Assembly (NCBI GenBank): GCA_000708835.1
Contig: DF237492.1
Coordinates: 1 to 59,478, forward strand
DNA from: Klebsormidium nitens
Taxonomy: Eukaryota > Plantae > Klebsormidiophyceae
Reading direction: 5' to 3'
Length of the DNA: 59,478 nucleotides
The notes beneath the pieces are model-generated. The model saw only the letters and a list, made by a program, of their open reading frames with translations. It did not search any database and had not been told where the DNA came from. This document shows positions 41,901 to 53,173 of this stretch, one piece after another. Within the stretch, counting starts at the first letter, position 1, and the number at the start of each line of letters is the position of its first letter. The translations under genes and the position numbers were made by a program.

Positions 41901-44900
41901 GTTCAATGATTTTTCACGCAACCGAGGCTGTTTAAGAAGTTTTACAATGTGTTGTTCAAATGGGCTGAGGTACTTTGTGACTAATCTGTGTCCATTCGCC
42001 AAGAGCTTGATTCCTACAAGAAGAAAAATCAGGACCCTAAATCCTATGGGCAAAATCACGAGCATCAATCCGCGCGAGGAAGAAATAAGATTGTGCACTG
42101 CTTTGCGTTCCAGACTTCTCCCGGCGCCGTCCGGGCCTCTGGTGCAACGAACCGGCGACAGACTTTGGATACTTGAACTTTCTCATAAGATCTCCGTATC
42201 TTTTGAGACCGGAGGACGCTTGAGACGTTCTCAGACTTGCGTCTTCGTATCAGCAGATGTTTGCTCCGTACATCTCTCCGAAACAGCTCTCTGCGTAACC
42301 CAGAGACGCTGCTTGAATCGACAGAGCAGCGTCTCTGAGTGAGAAGAAGCGCTGGACTTCTCAGTAGCTTGAGACGTAGGACCACGTCATGGTGGCTTGA
42401 TGCTGACGTGACATACCTGATCGCTCAAAAGAGGACACTCCACGTTGGACTGGTCGTTGGTGGTGACTTCTTTGGGCGCGTATCCCGCAACGCAGTAGGC
42501 GTCAAAGCCCGCGCCAAGGAGCAGCGAGCAGAGACCAATGCTGAAGTCAAAAGAGTCGCCGCATTGCCACTGCAGCCGAAAAGGTGAACGGGTTTTAGTC
42601 TAGTTCGAGGCTTCGAATGCTTAGCGGATTTGCAAAGAGATCGCCAGATGCAGAACGGTCCAAGGATTGAAGTTGATGGAGCAAAAAGCCCTAAGCAACG
42701 TAGAATGTGAACCGGAAACGGTATGCAGAGCTTTCAGAAGAACGTTGGGGATTCTGATAGGTCGTAAGGAGTAACCTGAGTCTCTGTCCACATCCAGGTC
42801 AAAGGAGAAACCAGGGGAAAACCTGGGTAGACATACTGACGCCTCAATGACCTAACGAAGCATGAAATACTGGCACGACAGCGGAGATCCACGCTCGAAG
42901 AGGAACTATAGACTCTGGAAAGAGCCCTCTAATAATCCTCGCTTCCACTCACAGCAGAAGCGCCCGGTAAATGGGTGGAATAGTTACGGGTTACTTCGGG
43001 TTGGGGTGCGGAGCGTGTCATTTCTTCCGCTAGGGTCGTCATTCGAGTGCCCTGGACTCTGAAATCTTGGTTCAAGCTGCTGTTAGTGATTTCAAGGGTT
43101 GCCATATGTCTGATTTTCAATCATCTCCATTTCCTTCGTGACGCGGAAAAACGAGCTAACGAAGCGCACGCCGGTACGTACCTGGAAGACGGACCAGGGC
43201 GAGGGCACGTGCGCGGGGTACTCGCGCGCGTCCTCGAGCGGGTCGAATCGCAGAAAGTCCGCGACGAAGCGCGCGCACTTTTCCCAGTCGTACAGCTCCG
43301 TGAAGGGCAGCTGGCTGGGGCGGAGCGTCGTGCACAGAAACTTCTCGACGCCGCACTCATTCCGGGGGGCCAGAAATGGCGGGCGGCGGTGGGGGTGGTG
43401 CTCCACAAACTGCGCGAATCCGAAAGTGTTCCCCGTAATGAGTTTCCGTTGGGTTGGAAGTCCTGAGGGTTCTTGTTCGTTGGTGCAAAGAGAGGGACAC
43501 TTGCCCGGCACGTGGTTGGAAATCTCGCTTTTATTTTTCGTTGGTTTTCAACGGTTTTGTTTGGTTGCACAACTTGGGCGAGTTAGCATCAAACGGCCAC
43601 TGCCCGTTAGTACAGTGAAATCAGTTCTCAGCTGCTCCCCACTCTTTCGCGTGTATTGAAATGGGTGAGGGCGAGAATGTCGAATCCCTCTTACACATGG
43701 GCTTCTTCTTCAAACACGGAATTTACTGCCCCACGTCCTCCGTCTGTGCGGCCGATTCATCATGAGCAGGACACATACGTTTGCAGCAAAAGGACCTTTC
43801 GAACCGTCGAACTCGCGCCCTGCTCACCAGGCTCCTGAAGTTTTCGACGTGGTCCAATAGCCGCCGCTCCTTCTCCGAGAAGCCCGTGAAGCTGGGCGGC
43901 AGCTGGCCCATTTTGGCGTGCATCGTCAGCATGACGCGCGCGCGCTTATTATTCGCGGGCAGCGCGGCCGCGTCGCCGTCGGGCTTCAGCTGAAAGGCGC
44001 CGAGCGGCGCCTCGGAGTAGACGTCGAGAACGGCCGGGGTTTGGGGGGCTTTGGCGGAGCCGACGGTATTGACGGGATCGCGGGTCGAGGCAACGGAACC
44101 AACGGAACTGGCGGGATCGCGGGTTGCTGACGCGGCCGCGCCGGACTGGTAGAAGAAGAACTTGCCGTCTGTGAAGAAAGGGTTTCGGAATGTTTGGGAT
44201 GAGTTTCAGGAACGAACAGTCTAGGAGCGAATCTGCATACTTTTCGCCTGCAGAATATTAGTAGGATTTGGGTGAAATCGGTTCAAGACGACTTCTTAAG
44301 CTGGCAAGGGTAATTGCCTTACTTGCCGTAACTACCGTACTTATCGAATTTATCGCATTTATCGTAGTTATCGAACTTATTCGTTTACCCGTTCTGTACA
44401 GACCCGGAATACAGTCGACCTCTCCCTCGACGGGACGTACTTGGCGATCCTCCAGCCCGCATGCCACATTCCAAAGTCGCCGTACAGAGTTTCAATGACG
44501 AATTAAGCTGCCTTTCGGAAGCTGTACAATCGTAGCTTCTTTTGCAGTTTAACCCAAACTTACTCTCGTTACTGAGATCTGACATCCCCAACAAAATGCG
44601 GACGAACGGCGACCTTGTGACCCAAGTCTTCCTCGCACCGTCGCCCTGCAAAGGTCGCCACTCACCGACGAAACCCGCGTTGTGGGAGCCGTGGAGTCCG
44701 AGCTCGCTTTGCAGCTCCACCCAGGTCTTTACTTTGCTGCCTCAGTCTGGTAAAGGTTCCACTCACTGCACAATCAAGCTCCGGACACCATTCAAACGGT
44801 TTACTTACCAACAAAGCCCGCGTTGCGGGAACCGTTGAATCCGAGCTCGCTTTGCAGTTCCACCCAGGTTTTGACTTCGCCGACGAAGGCGGACTTGCTC

Positions 44901-47900
44901 ACGGACGGCGTGCCGACGCGCGAGGTGGAAGCGCGCGCCTGCGCTGGCTGGTCCCTGAATTATTGGGAGGCATGACGTCAGCTGCCCAGGAACTGATTCA
45001 AGCGCGCAGCAATGAGTTTAGAAGCTGATGAAAATTGTCGTGGATTCGATAATGACGGCACGACTGAATACCAAGGACGAGCTTGCTAGCTTTTTGAAAC
45101 GTCTTGAAGAGTACGGTCCCCCAACCTTGATCAAGTGGGGCTTCGGAATGCTGCAAGCTTTGAAGTCGTCTGTAAAAGCACGATCGAATTCCTGTATTTC
45201 GGATTAGAACGGGAAGTTTCCGAGAAAACCTCAAAACAAAAGAGAGAACATATGAATGAGTTGCTTCTGAAATTGTTGAACCGTATGCTGTGAAAGTCTT
45301 ACGTGTTTACTTTTCACTACGACTCAAAAAACTTGAATTGCCTTCTGAGGTTTGCTGTGATTCAGCGACGCACCTGCAAAGGAACTAATGCTCACAGCAA
45401 TTCAGAAAAAAGATACGGAAAGAGCCACATTCTGGAAGTGGCAAGCAAAAAGGTCATTACCACTGCTGTTGGCGCTTGATGTCGAGGTAGAAGAGCGAGA
45501 ACAGCTGGCCCCCCATCTCGTCAACCCCCCCGAAAAGATACAGGCGGTCCTCGTGCGTGCAGATCGTGTGGCTATGACGCGGCGGGGGGACGCGCCCTTG
45601 CGCCGGTACCTGGGGCCATAAGAACCGGGTGTTCGAAGGGAGGTTTCATCACCATGTTTGCCGCAGTTCAAAACACCGATCATTCACGCAGATGTGAATG
45701 ACGCTAAGAACGATCTGACGCCAGGTAATGATGACGTACGCCCCGCGTTGGAAGCGAAGACAGTGCAAATAGCCAGCCGTCTTGATTTGATCATGCAGAG
45801 GAGTAACGGCAGAATCCATCTTCGACGTCAAATCATCGAACCGACTGGCCTCACCTTCGTCCAGGTCATCTCGTCGAACTCGAGCACATGCAGGTCGTCC
45901 AAGATGAAGTTGCTCCGCCCGCCGTGCACGTAAAGGGAAGACCCGAGTACCGTCACCGCTGCGTCCTGCCGCGGAGCCGGAACGGAACCGGTCGTCGTTG
46001 TCTGGATCCAAGTCCAGCTCTGCGACAGGGAAGCGGGGTTAGATGACTTACAAGCCAAACCCAAACCCAAATTTCGAGGTGATCGGTCGTCCATGTTCAA
46101 ATCCAGGTCCGACTGTGCGGCGGAGAAGCGGGGTCGGCGGAACCAGCGGAGGAAAGTTTCAGGAGGTTTTCCAGAGTCGCCAGTGAAAGGTCTCCTTTGC
46201 CAGAGGCCTCGAAACCGAAGTTCTCAGGAAGGGGGAATGCCTTGTCTCTTAGCCTTCCCGGCGGCAAGAAGAACCGGGTTTCTCAGTACTGGGTTGAGTA
46301 CATGCAAACGATGTCACTTCTTTTTGGGTCCCCAGGCCATGGATGCCCGCAACAAAAACGCCCTTCTCCAGAACTCCATCCACGTGGGTCGTGAGAAAAG
46401 CAAAGTTTTCTCGATCGTTGGACACATGCCGGACACATGAAGTGCTCGACCCAAAGTTCTGACCTCCGTGTCTAGCAGGTAGAGGTCGTTGAACCTCTGC
46501 TTGCTGCCGTGGCCCCCAAAGACCGCCACTTTGCCCCCGAGCATTGCCATCGACGCGCCTTCTCGCGGCGCCGGGGGGGTCCCTTCGACGGTCGGCTGGA
46601 GCCACACCATGGAGTGCAAGTCGAGCATGTAAAAGTCGCTCAGCCGCTTCTTCTCGGTGTTCCGCCCTCCAAAAATGAAGATCCTGCGATGCGCAAAAGT
46701 CTAAGTTGAGCGGGACTGCGTTTCTGGGCTTGTGCCTTTCAAATCAGACTCCGCTGAATTCGATTCGGACAAGCATGTAAGTGTTGAGCTGTGTCTTCTC
46801 CACTTTCCGCCTTCCGCAGTTGAAGAGCCTGCACTAGGGAAGTGTAAGGGTCAGCAACATTGGTCAGGAGGATGCTCTTGAGCTTATGTCCGCTAGCCCA
46901 ATACAAACGAGTCACGATTGAGCATGTAAAAGTCGCTGAGCCGCTCTCTCTCCGCCTTTCACCCACCAGAAATGAAGTTTCGGTGTGTAAAAGGTCAGCA
47001 AGGTTGTGCACCTACTCCGAAATGCTCCTGAGCTCAACGTCGTGAGCCCAATATTGATCAAGTGACTCTAAGAATGTAAAAATTGCTGAGCCGCTCTTTC
47101 TCCGCGTCCCGCCCCAAGAACCGGAGCATCTTACGTCCAATAGAGGTTGTATGGTGAACGCATTGCGTTTCTCTGAAACGTGGATGCTTCGCCAAGTCTT
47201 GCATTGCCAGTCGAGCATGCCAGTAGCGTTAACCCGTAGCGTTAACCCGCAATTCTTCCGCCTTCAGCGGATGAGAAGCTTTTAAAGCGCGCTTCTTGGT
47301 CGTCGTTCCTCATCAAAGTTTGAAGGCACCTTGGCTTTTAAGAGGGATCCCCCACCTGCTCTGCCCGTCATACACAGCCGCGTGTCCGTCACGTGCCGCC
47401 GGCGCATTGCCACGTGTTTCCACCCTCTCCCACAGGAGATGCTGCGAGTCGATGGCCCACACCTCGTTCACCTGCATTTCCGTCACCCTTGCGTCAAGAA
47501 AGCTAAAATCTGACGTCTGATCTGAAGGGCACTGAGCCGAGATGATTTGATGCATGAGTTATAGGCCCGGTTTGACTGCCTCGTCTATCTGTTCTGCATG
47601 AAGCCTGCCAGAGCCTGTTGGAGATGGACCGGAATAGCGATCGCCAATCCTACGCGTTGCGGAGTCAGTTCTTCACTTTACAGGTGGTCATTGAATTGCG
47701 GCATTACCTCGTAGCCCTCCGGTTCTCATCACAAACTCCTCTTCACAACCACAGTCCAGTCTCACGGAACGCCGTTCCAAAGTCTAGGTCTCTAATTAAA
47801 GATTGCTGCTGCCGCATATCTGTTATACCATTTAACTCCTTCATGCCTTGCTTTTCGAACACAATAAGCGATTGCTAAGCCACCTCACCCAGAACCGGCT

Positions 47901-50900
47901 TTCAGGACCAAGAACAGAACCGAAAGTCCTCACCTTCGTCTGGCCCCCGAGGGATCCCCCGATGACGTAGGTCACCGAGCCGACTTGCGTCATGGTGTGG
48001 CCCGTTCTGACCGGGGGACAGTCCCGGGGCTCGCTCTTGACCCGGTACTGCATGTAGCTCCCGACCTTGACACCGACCGGTTTGCGCCGCTCCAGTTCCT
48101 CCGCCTCTTTCTTCTGGTACTCCTCTTGTAAGTGGGCCATGAAGTTGGGTATGCCCTGCGAGAAAGCGTGTCGATATTGTCGGGTAAGACCGTGACCAAG
48201 TAGTACGGGTCTCCATAACCCAAGCAGCATGACTCGAAGTGCAGGGATGGGACTCCTCTAGTTTAGGTAGCATAACCCCTAGGTGTGGTTAGATTGGTCC
48301 CCGGGCTAAACAAAGATACGAACCTCCAACTAATTAATTACGCGCTGCGCACCCCTATCCACCACACCCCCCAAACCTAGCCCCACCCGTTCCTGGGGCC
48401 TTCATCTTATCTTGCCTAGCTCTATCCTACCAAAAGTATAGGTCTTTGTGTGACGCAGGGAGTAATTCGATTTGTCGAGAGAATGTGTGCGATTTGCGGC
48501 GCGTCTGCTGTCGGTAAAGTTAGATGCGATCTCAGCAGCTAATCAAGCGGCTCAAGAGAACACACGCAAAATCCTTCAATTGCACAAGTTCGGGTCGATT
48601 TTTCACAACTTGCACCTCGTGGTCGTTGCATAAGCTTTCCGCAGAGCGTATAGGATATGATGGCCCTTGAGGAATCTCTCGTGCTGCACCCCCCTTCCTA
48701 AGTACCTCATAACAGATGCAGTGCAGCTAGCGCGTCTCCAGCTAAAAGAAATTTCGCCTGTAAGACGATGCTTCTGAAACTTTGTCCCTTCGCCTCGTCA
48801 CCTAGTAAAACAGCCTGCGCGTCTTACAGCATTCTGTCTACCAAGATCCGCTTCCAGCAAATCACCTCCCGTCGTACCTCCCCACGACGACGGTTTTGAA
48901 TCTTCGAACAGCCTGTGCTTCTTCTCATCACGACTCCCCCAGCCCTCCCCCTCAGAAAAGCAGTAACGACCAAAACATTTCCGTTCGGCTTCTCACCTCT
49001 TCAAAGAGCCTGCGCGTCTCTCCATCGAACGCGTTGTAGCGGCAGTCGAAGTCGCGCAGGTTCTGAAGCATGCCCAGCGACGCCGGCACATCCTGGAGCG
49101 GGTTTGAGTTAACGTGCAGCTTGGTCAAGTCCGCTATTTTTCCGATGGAGTCCGGGAGGGCAGTCAGCTTGTTGCTGCTCAGGTCTAGTTTGGTCAGGCA
49201 GCTCAGGCCGTCCAAGTCGCGGGGGAGCTCTTTGAGAAGGTTGCTTTCTGCAGGGTTAAGCAAGGCGATTAAGTTAAGGCTGCGGATGTGGGTCAGGTAA
49301 AGAGCGTAATCATGCTGAGAGTTTACTATGAGCGAGAAGGCATACACTAAGCTCAGGCCGTCCAAGTCGCGGGGAGAGTCCTTGAGGGAATTGCTTTCTG
49401 CAGGGTCAAGAAAGCGTTGAGTTCACGTCAAGGATATTTACAAGGAAGGGAAAAGCACGTAAGTCAGGCTAAGAGTCTACTTAATATAGAGTAGCTCAAC
49501 GTTGAGATCAGGGCACGGGATCGCTCCTTCAGAGGATTGTGCCTTTGTAGGATGATAAAGGAGGGTTGATTTTGAATCAGACGTACAGGTCTAGGTCAAC
49601 AAGTAGGATCAGTAGAGAACCTGGTAATAGAGGAAGAGCTTCAGCATTGTCTAGGTCAACAAGTAGGATCAGTAGAGAACCTGGTAATAGAGGAAGAGCT
49701 TCAGCATTCGCTCAGGGGGACGCAGTCACTTGGCAAGCCCCCAAGAACTCCGCTCTTCGCAGGTTATAGATGGTGAATCCACTCAGAATCTGATCGTCAT
49801 CTGCAGAATGATCGGTCAGAAAAGTCGTTCAAGGACGAAGGCCGACCGGAGGACCAGGTGAAAGACGCGTTGAGGAAATAGCAGGGATTTTCACACTGCG
49901 CTCACCCAGGTTGAGCTGGACCAGGGAGGCCAGCGATGTGAACGATGGCGGGAGTGTCGAGATCTGGTTGCTGCTGAGATCGAGCTCCTTCAGACTCTTC
50001 AGGTCGCCGATGGCCGGGTCTAGGGCCGTCAGCTGGTTTCCGCACATCTCGAGAACCTGGGTCAATGAGCGAAGGTTACAGTAACCGTGGTTCTCACTCC
50101 CGGAAGCTTTGGAGCCCGACAATCGGTTGTAAATCGCGTCAAATTGAAAATCTTGCGAAGGCGTCTTTGCCGTCCAAATAGGGGCCAGACAGATTGGTCG
50201 GTGTGCAAGTTCTCTTGACACGGCGATGAAAATGGCGAAGAGAAGGACGCATCTCGTGACGAAGATACTTAGACGCCGAATTGGAATCCTCTTGAAAGAT
50301 TGGGGAAGTCTGCGCTCGACTGATGCTTATGCTCGAAAAACGTATGGGGCAAAAAACCTGACACTGTCAAAGCAAAAAGAGCCGAACGAAACGCAAAACC
50401 TGACGACTGCAGCACCTGCCACCACGAACGGCCTACGAGAAGAGCACAGATCACAAAAACTTGCGCGAGTCGCACGTTTTCAAGCTGCCTCTGCAGCGGA
50501 CTTCTGACCGTCGTGAAGGACATCAAAGGTTTGAGGCCAAGAAGCTTGCAGCCTGCACACGATCTTCAGTAAAGGCGACCACCGATGTTACCAACGAAGA
50601 CCACGTGGAGTCGCTTTCTCACCGGCCGCTTGTGCAGCCCGTATATAACCTTCGAGTATATGACTTTCGAGAACGGAAAAAGAACAGAGCCGGGCCTGGT
50701 GATTAACCTTCTCAGCCTGCATATGATACAGCCTGCACATGATCTTCTGAAATTCGAACTCAGAATAACAGTTTGATGGCGACGTTACTGAAGCTGTGCT
50801 CATACCTGCAGCTTGTGCAGCCCGCATACGACCTTGGGAAACTCGGTAAACTTGTTGTAGTTGAGCTTGAGGACCTTCAGGTTTTTCAGCTCCGCCAGGT

Positions 50901-52122
50901 CGAGGGGCAGACTCGTCAGAGAGCAGCTGCACGTCAGCAGAGCGGGCTTGTGACGTCAGCAGGAAGGATGAGTTGTCTCGGCACAAGAACTACGTATGTC
51001 GAGTTACTTTCTGACGTAGCCCGTGGGTTGACTGTGGATCAAGAATGTGGCCTTCTGGGGATGCTTGAGGCACTGCAATGACAGCTACACTGCTGTTTTG
51101 CGTCTTTCAAGTCCCACGGATCTTTGAGTACGTTTGCAACTCATCAAAGAGATCAGAATTGAACTTTCTTTCCTATTTCTTTGCCAGTGCAAAGCTTGCC
51201 CTTTGCTGCCCAGTCCTCCAAGGAACTGTTACCAATAGTTTGGACTTTCTGCTTCAAGACATCTTCCTTGCACTCCCTTCTCTTCAGAAGTACCGAGTAC
51301 GACTCACTTCCGCAAGTCGAGCTCAGTTGGAGGCGGCTGGATCAGCTTCACTTGTAGGACGAATTGAGAGGGCAGCTCCTGAAGCTCGGTCATGTAACTG
51401 CAGAAACGAAAACGCAGCTTTTTTCAATCCGATTTTCCAAATACTGATCCCCGTCAGAAGCAGTATATCGAGCTGGTCCGCTGCTTTTTGGAAAGGAGAT
51501 CTCTAATGACTGCCTCCCCTACCTCACATATGGCCACAGACTTATGCAAGTATCTGTCATTTGCAGATGGCACCACATGTGGAAAAGATGGAGATGGAAT
51601 GCCGTAACTGCTGCTCCAGGACATTGTAGATTGAACAATACAAAGCAGAGTAAAGGCTTATGGTGAACAATCTGCAAGTGCAAGACAGACAAGCCCAACA
51701 CTCCCCAAACTTAAGCTGACTGTAACACTACATCAGCGACTGCAACACTACATCAGCATTGCAGCCTTGTCAAATTGCGTCAGCTGCATGGCTTGTTCTC
51801 AAGTGGCACGCCACTCGATGGGCCAAAGAAAAGGTGGCAGGAATGTATGCAAGTTGGTCAAGGGTCCGCATCGGTGGCCAGTATGATGGCGCTAGACAAA
51901 ACTTGAGGTGGTCAGAATAGAGTCTGCTGGATAAGAACGGTGTTCCTTAGACAGGGCACCAGCACTTCCTTTGTAAGTATTCAAATGTGGTGTGAAACCG
52001 GTCTATCAGATTGACCAACACTGCAAGCTGGCGCGAGGTGTCACTGTGCCTCACCTCAGATTGATCCTGCCCGTCTTCTTCGACTCAAAGAGCTTGGGCT
52101 TGAGCTTGTCCATCTTATCCAT
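32999..52122 (-). CDS. DRC7: Dynein regulatory complex subunit 7 (DRC7/CCDC135/FAP50) with N-terminal LRR and Kelch repeats, ~1702 aa, 22 exons
   Basis: Exons 52055-52122, 50806-50926, 49906-50056, 48997-49247, 47934-48155, 47356-47471, 46464-46683, 45855-46019, 45461-45609, 44809-44954, 43828-44168, 43182-43409, 42417-42569, 40913-41882, 40223-40460, 39357-39567, 38288-38413, 37408-37832, 36564-36810, 35909-36058, 34356-34499, 32999-33265; all phases match (5109 nt). DRC7 signatures: RPPFLAPRNECGVEKFLCTTLRP, GDSFDFSIGLCSLLLGAGFDAYCVAGYA, HCWVMV..FFVEPSTG, YHGIEEVWN, RLDGL, DYLSPFL, LKDRLIERANIIQARHDEE, FRIHILEQRL. Confidence 0.9.
33266..33720 (-). repeat. Three well-preserved acceptor echoes of the DRC7 terminal exon, 138-142 bp period
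   Basis: gccagcgcggccgtctcctcgtcgtggcgcgcctg (plus strand) has exon-start equivalents at 33403, 33541 and 33683 (live 33265). All retain CAG. Confidence 0.93.
35100..35908 (-). repeat. Five donor echoes of DRC7 exon 35909-36058
   Basis: gaacgcaccttcgc.acgaccac.gt.tc.tc.tcg (plus strand) has junction equivalents at 35746, 35565, 35416, 35276 and 35134, increasingly degenerate. Confidence 0.9.
44809..48155 (-). other. Kelch-repeat region of the DRC7 gene (exons 5-10)
   Basis: PPVRTGHTM..YVIGG, PAARDGHAAV..IFIFGG, PAPREGASM..VAVFGG, PAPRQDAAV..LYVHGG, PPPRHSHTI..LYLFGG, each followed by a W. Confidence 0.92.
46684..47130 (-). repeat. Acceptor echoes of Kelch exon 46464-46683
   Basis: gagcatgtaaaagtcgct.agccgct..ctc..cg (plus strand) recurs at ~46770-46825, ~46920-46980 and ~47070-47125. 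Confidence 0.85.
48997..52122 (-). other. LRR region of the DRC7 gene (exons 1-4)
   Basis: LxxLxLxxNxL repeats: LKNLKVLKLNYNKF, LKSLKELDLSSNQI, LSCLTKLDLSSNKL, LQNLRDFDCRYN. Confidence 0.92.
49589..49708. repeat. Perfect 60-bp tandem duplication in DRC7 intron 3
   Basis: gtctaggtcaacaagtaggatcagtagagaacctggtaatagaggaagagcttcagcatt occurs twice with no mismatches. Confidence 0.97.
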
Positions 52123-53173
52123 CTTCGCCGAGCCCTGGCCAAATGGCCACCTTATGTCAGCCCAGAAAATGGTCTGCCCGCACTTTATTACTGCATTTGC
52201 TCAGACTTGATGTTCTCAGCTCCTCCTCGAGCTTGTAGTAGTACTCATAATGGCGGCCCTCGATCCAGCTTTGGGCAACTTTGCAGCGGCCGTAGAGCTG
52301 AAATGCAGCTTTGCTTCGCCTGCATCTTTTCCCTGTAGGTTGCACGCAGCTCCCGTTTCATATCGGGTCCTTGGTCTCCGGAGCCTTCCCAGCCTGCTTG
52401 CATCACGCTTGAATTCCCTGCAGCCTGCCTAGCCTTGCTCCAGATGGAAAGACAAGCAGGCGACATGGAAAGGGGCCGGCCGCGACGCCCAAATCCTCGC
52501 CGGGCCATCCTTCTCACTCAACTCTACGGTACGCTCACAAGTTCCAGGCCGAGGTCTGCTTGACATGTAGAGGATTCAGTTGGCGCGCGAGCGAATGCAT
52601 GTCAAGCTCGAGTCGGCGAGCCTAGGTATTAGGTACCTACCTATATTGGTTCAAGCTCTACTGGTACGTAGTACCTAAGTACCAACCTTTTACTAGTGTA
52701 CAGACTCCAGTGTATGGTACGTATCGTACTCAAAACCTCGAACAGTACTACATAGAACAGTACTGCATCTTATACGCACCCTGGCCTGCTGAGCTATAGC
52801 CTCTTCAGCTCTTCGGTCCTGAGGCTTCTCTGATTTTCCGTGACTCTGTCGGATGCGAGAGAAGGGGAGTGCTGAAGTTTTCAGAATACCCGAGCTCTCG
52901 ATCAAACCAAGCTGTAATCTAATAGAAGGCAATCTGTCCGCAAAGCGTTCCGGTTCATCATTTACAAACAACAAGCGGTAAATGCAAGCTTTCTTCAGCT
53001 AAGCTACGACGTCACAGAAAAGCGTTTCTCACCTTTATCTGCAGCACTGAGCTGATTGGGTTGTGCTAAATTATTAAAAGCTTTCCTGTAGAGGTTCGAC
53101 ACTTGCATACGGCAGCTGGAAAGACCACAATCCTGTCATAGAAGGTGCTTTTGCCACGCACTGGTCATCAAGA
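52123..53173. promoter_or_regulatory. Divergent intergenic region between DRC7 and DNAL1; candidate bidirectional promoter
   Basis: The two ATGs face away from each other 1051 bp apart. The region contains a GTAC/TAGGTA-rich tract at ~52615-52770. Promoter function is inferred from geometry only. Confidence 0.55.

Noticed and set aside
40854-42098. 414-aa ORF as a standalone gene
   Set aside because: It is DRC7 exon 14 (40913-41882) plus intronic extensions.
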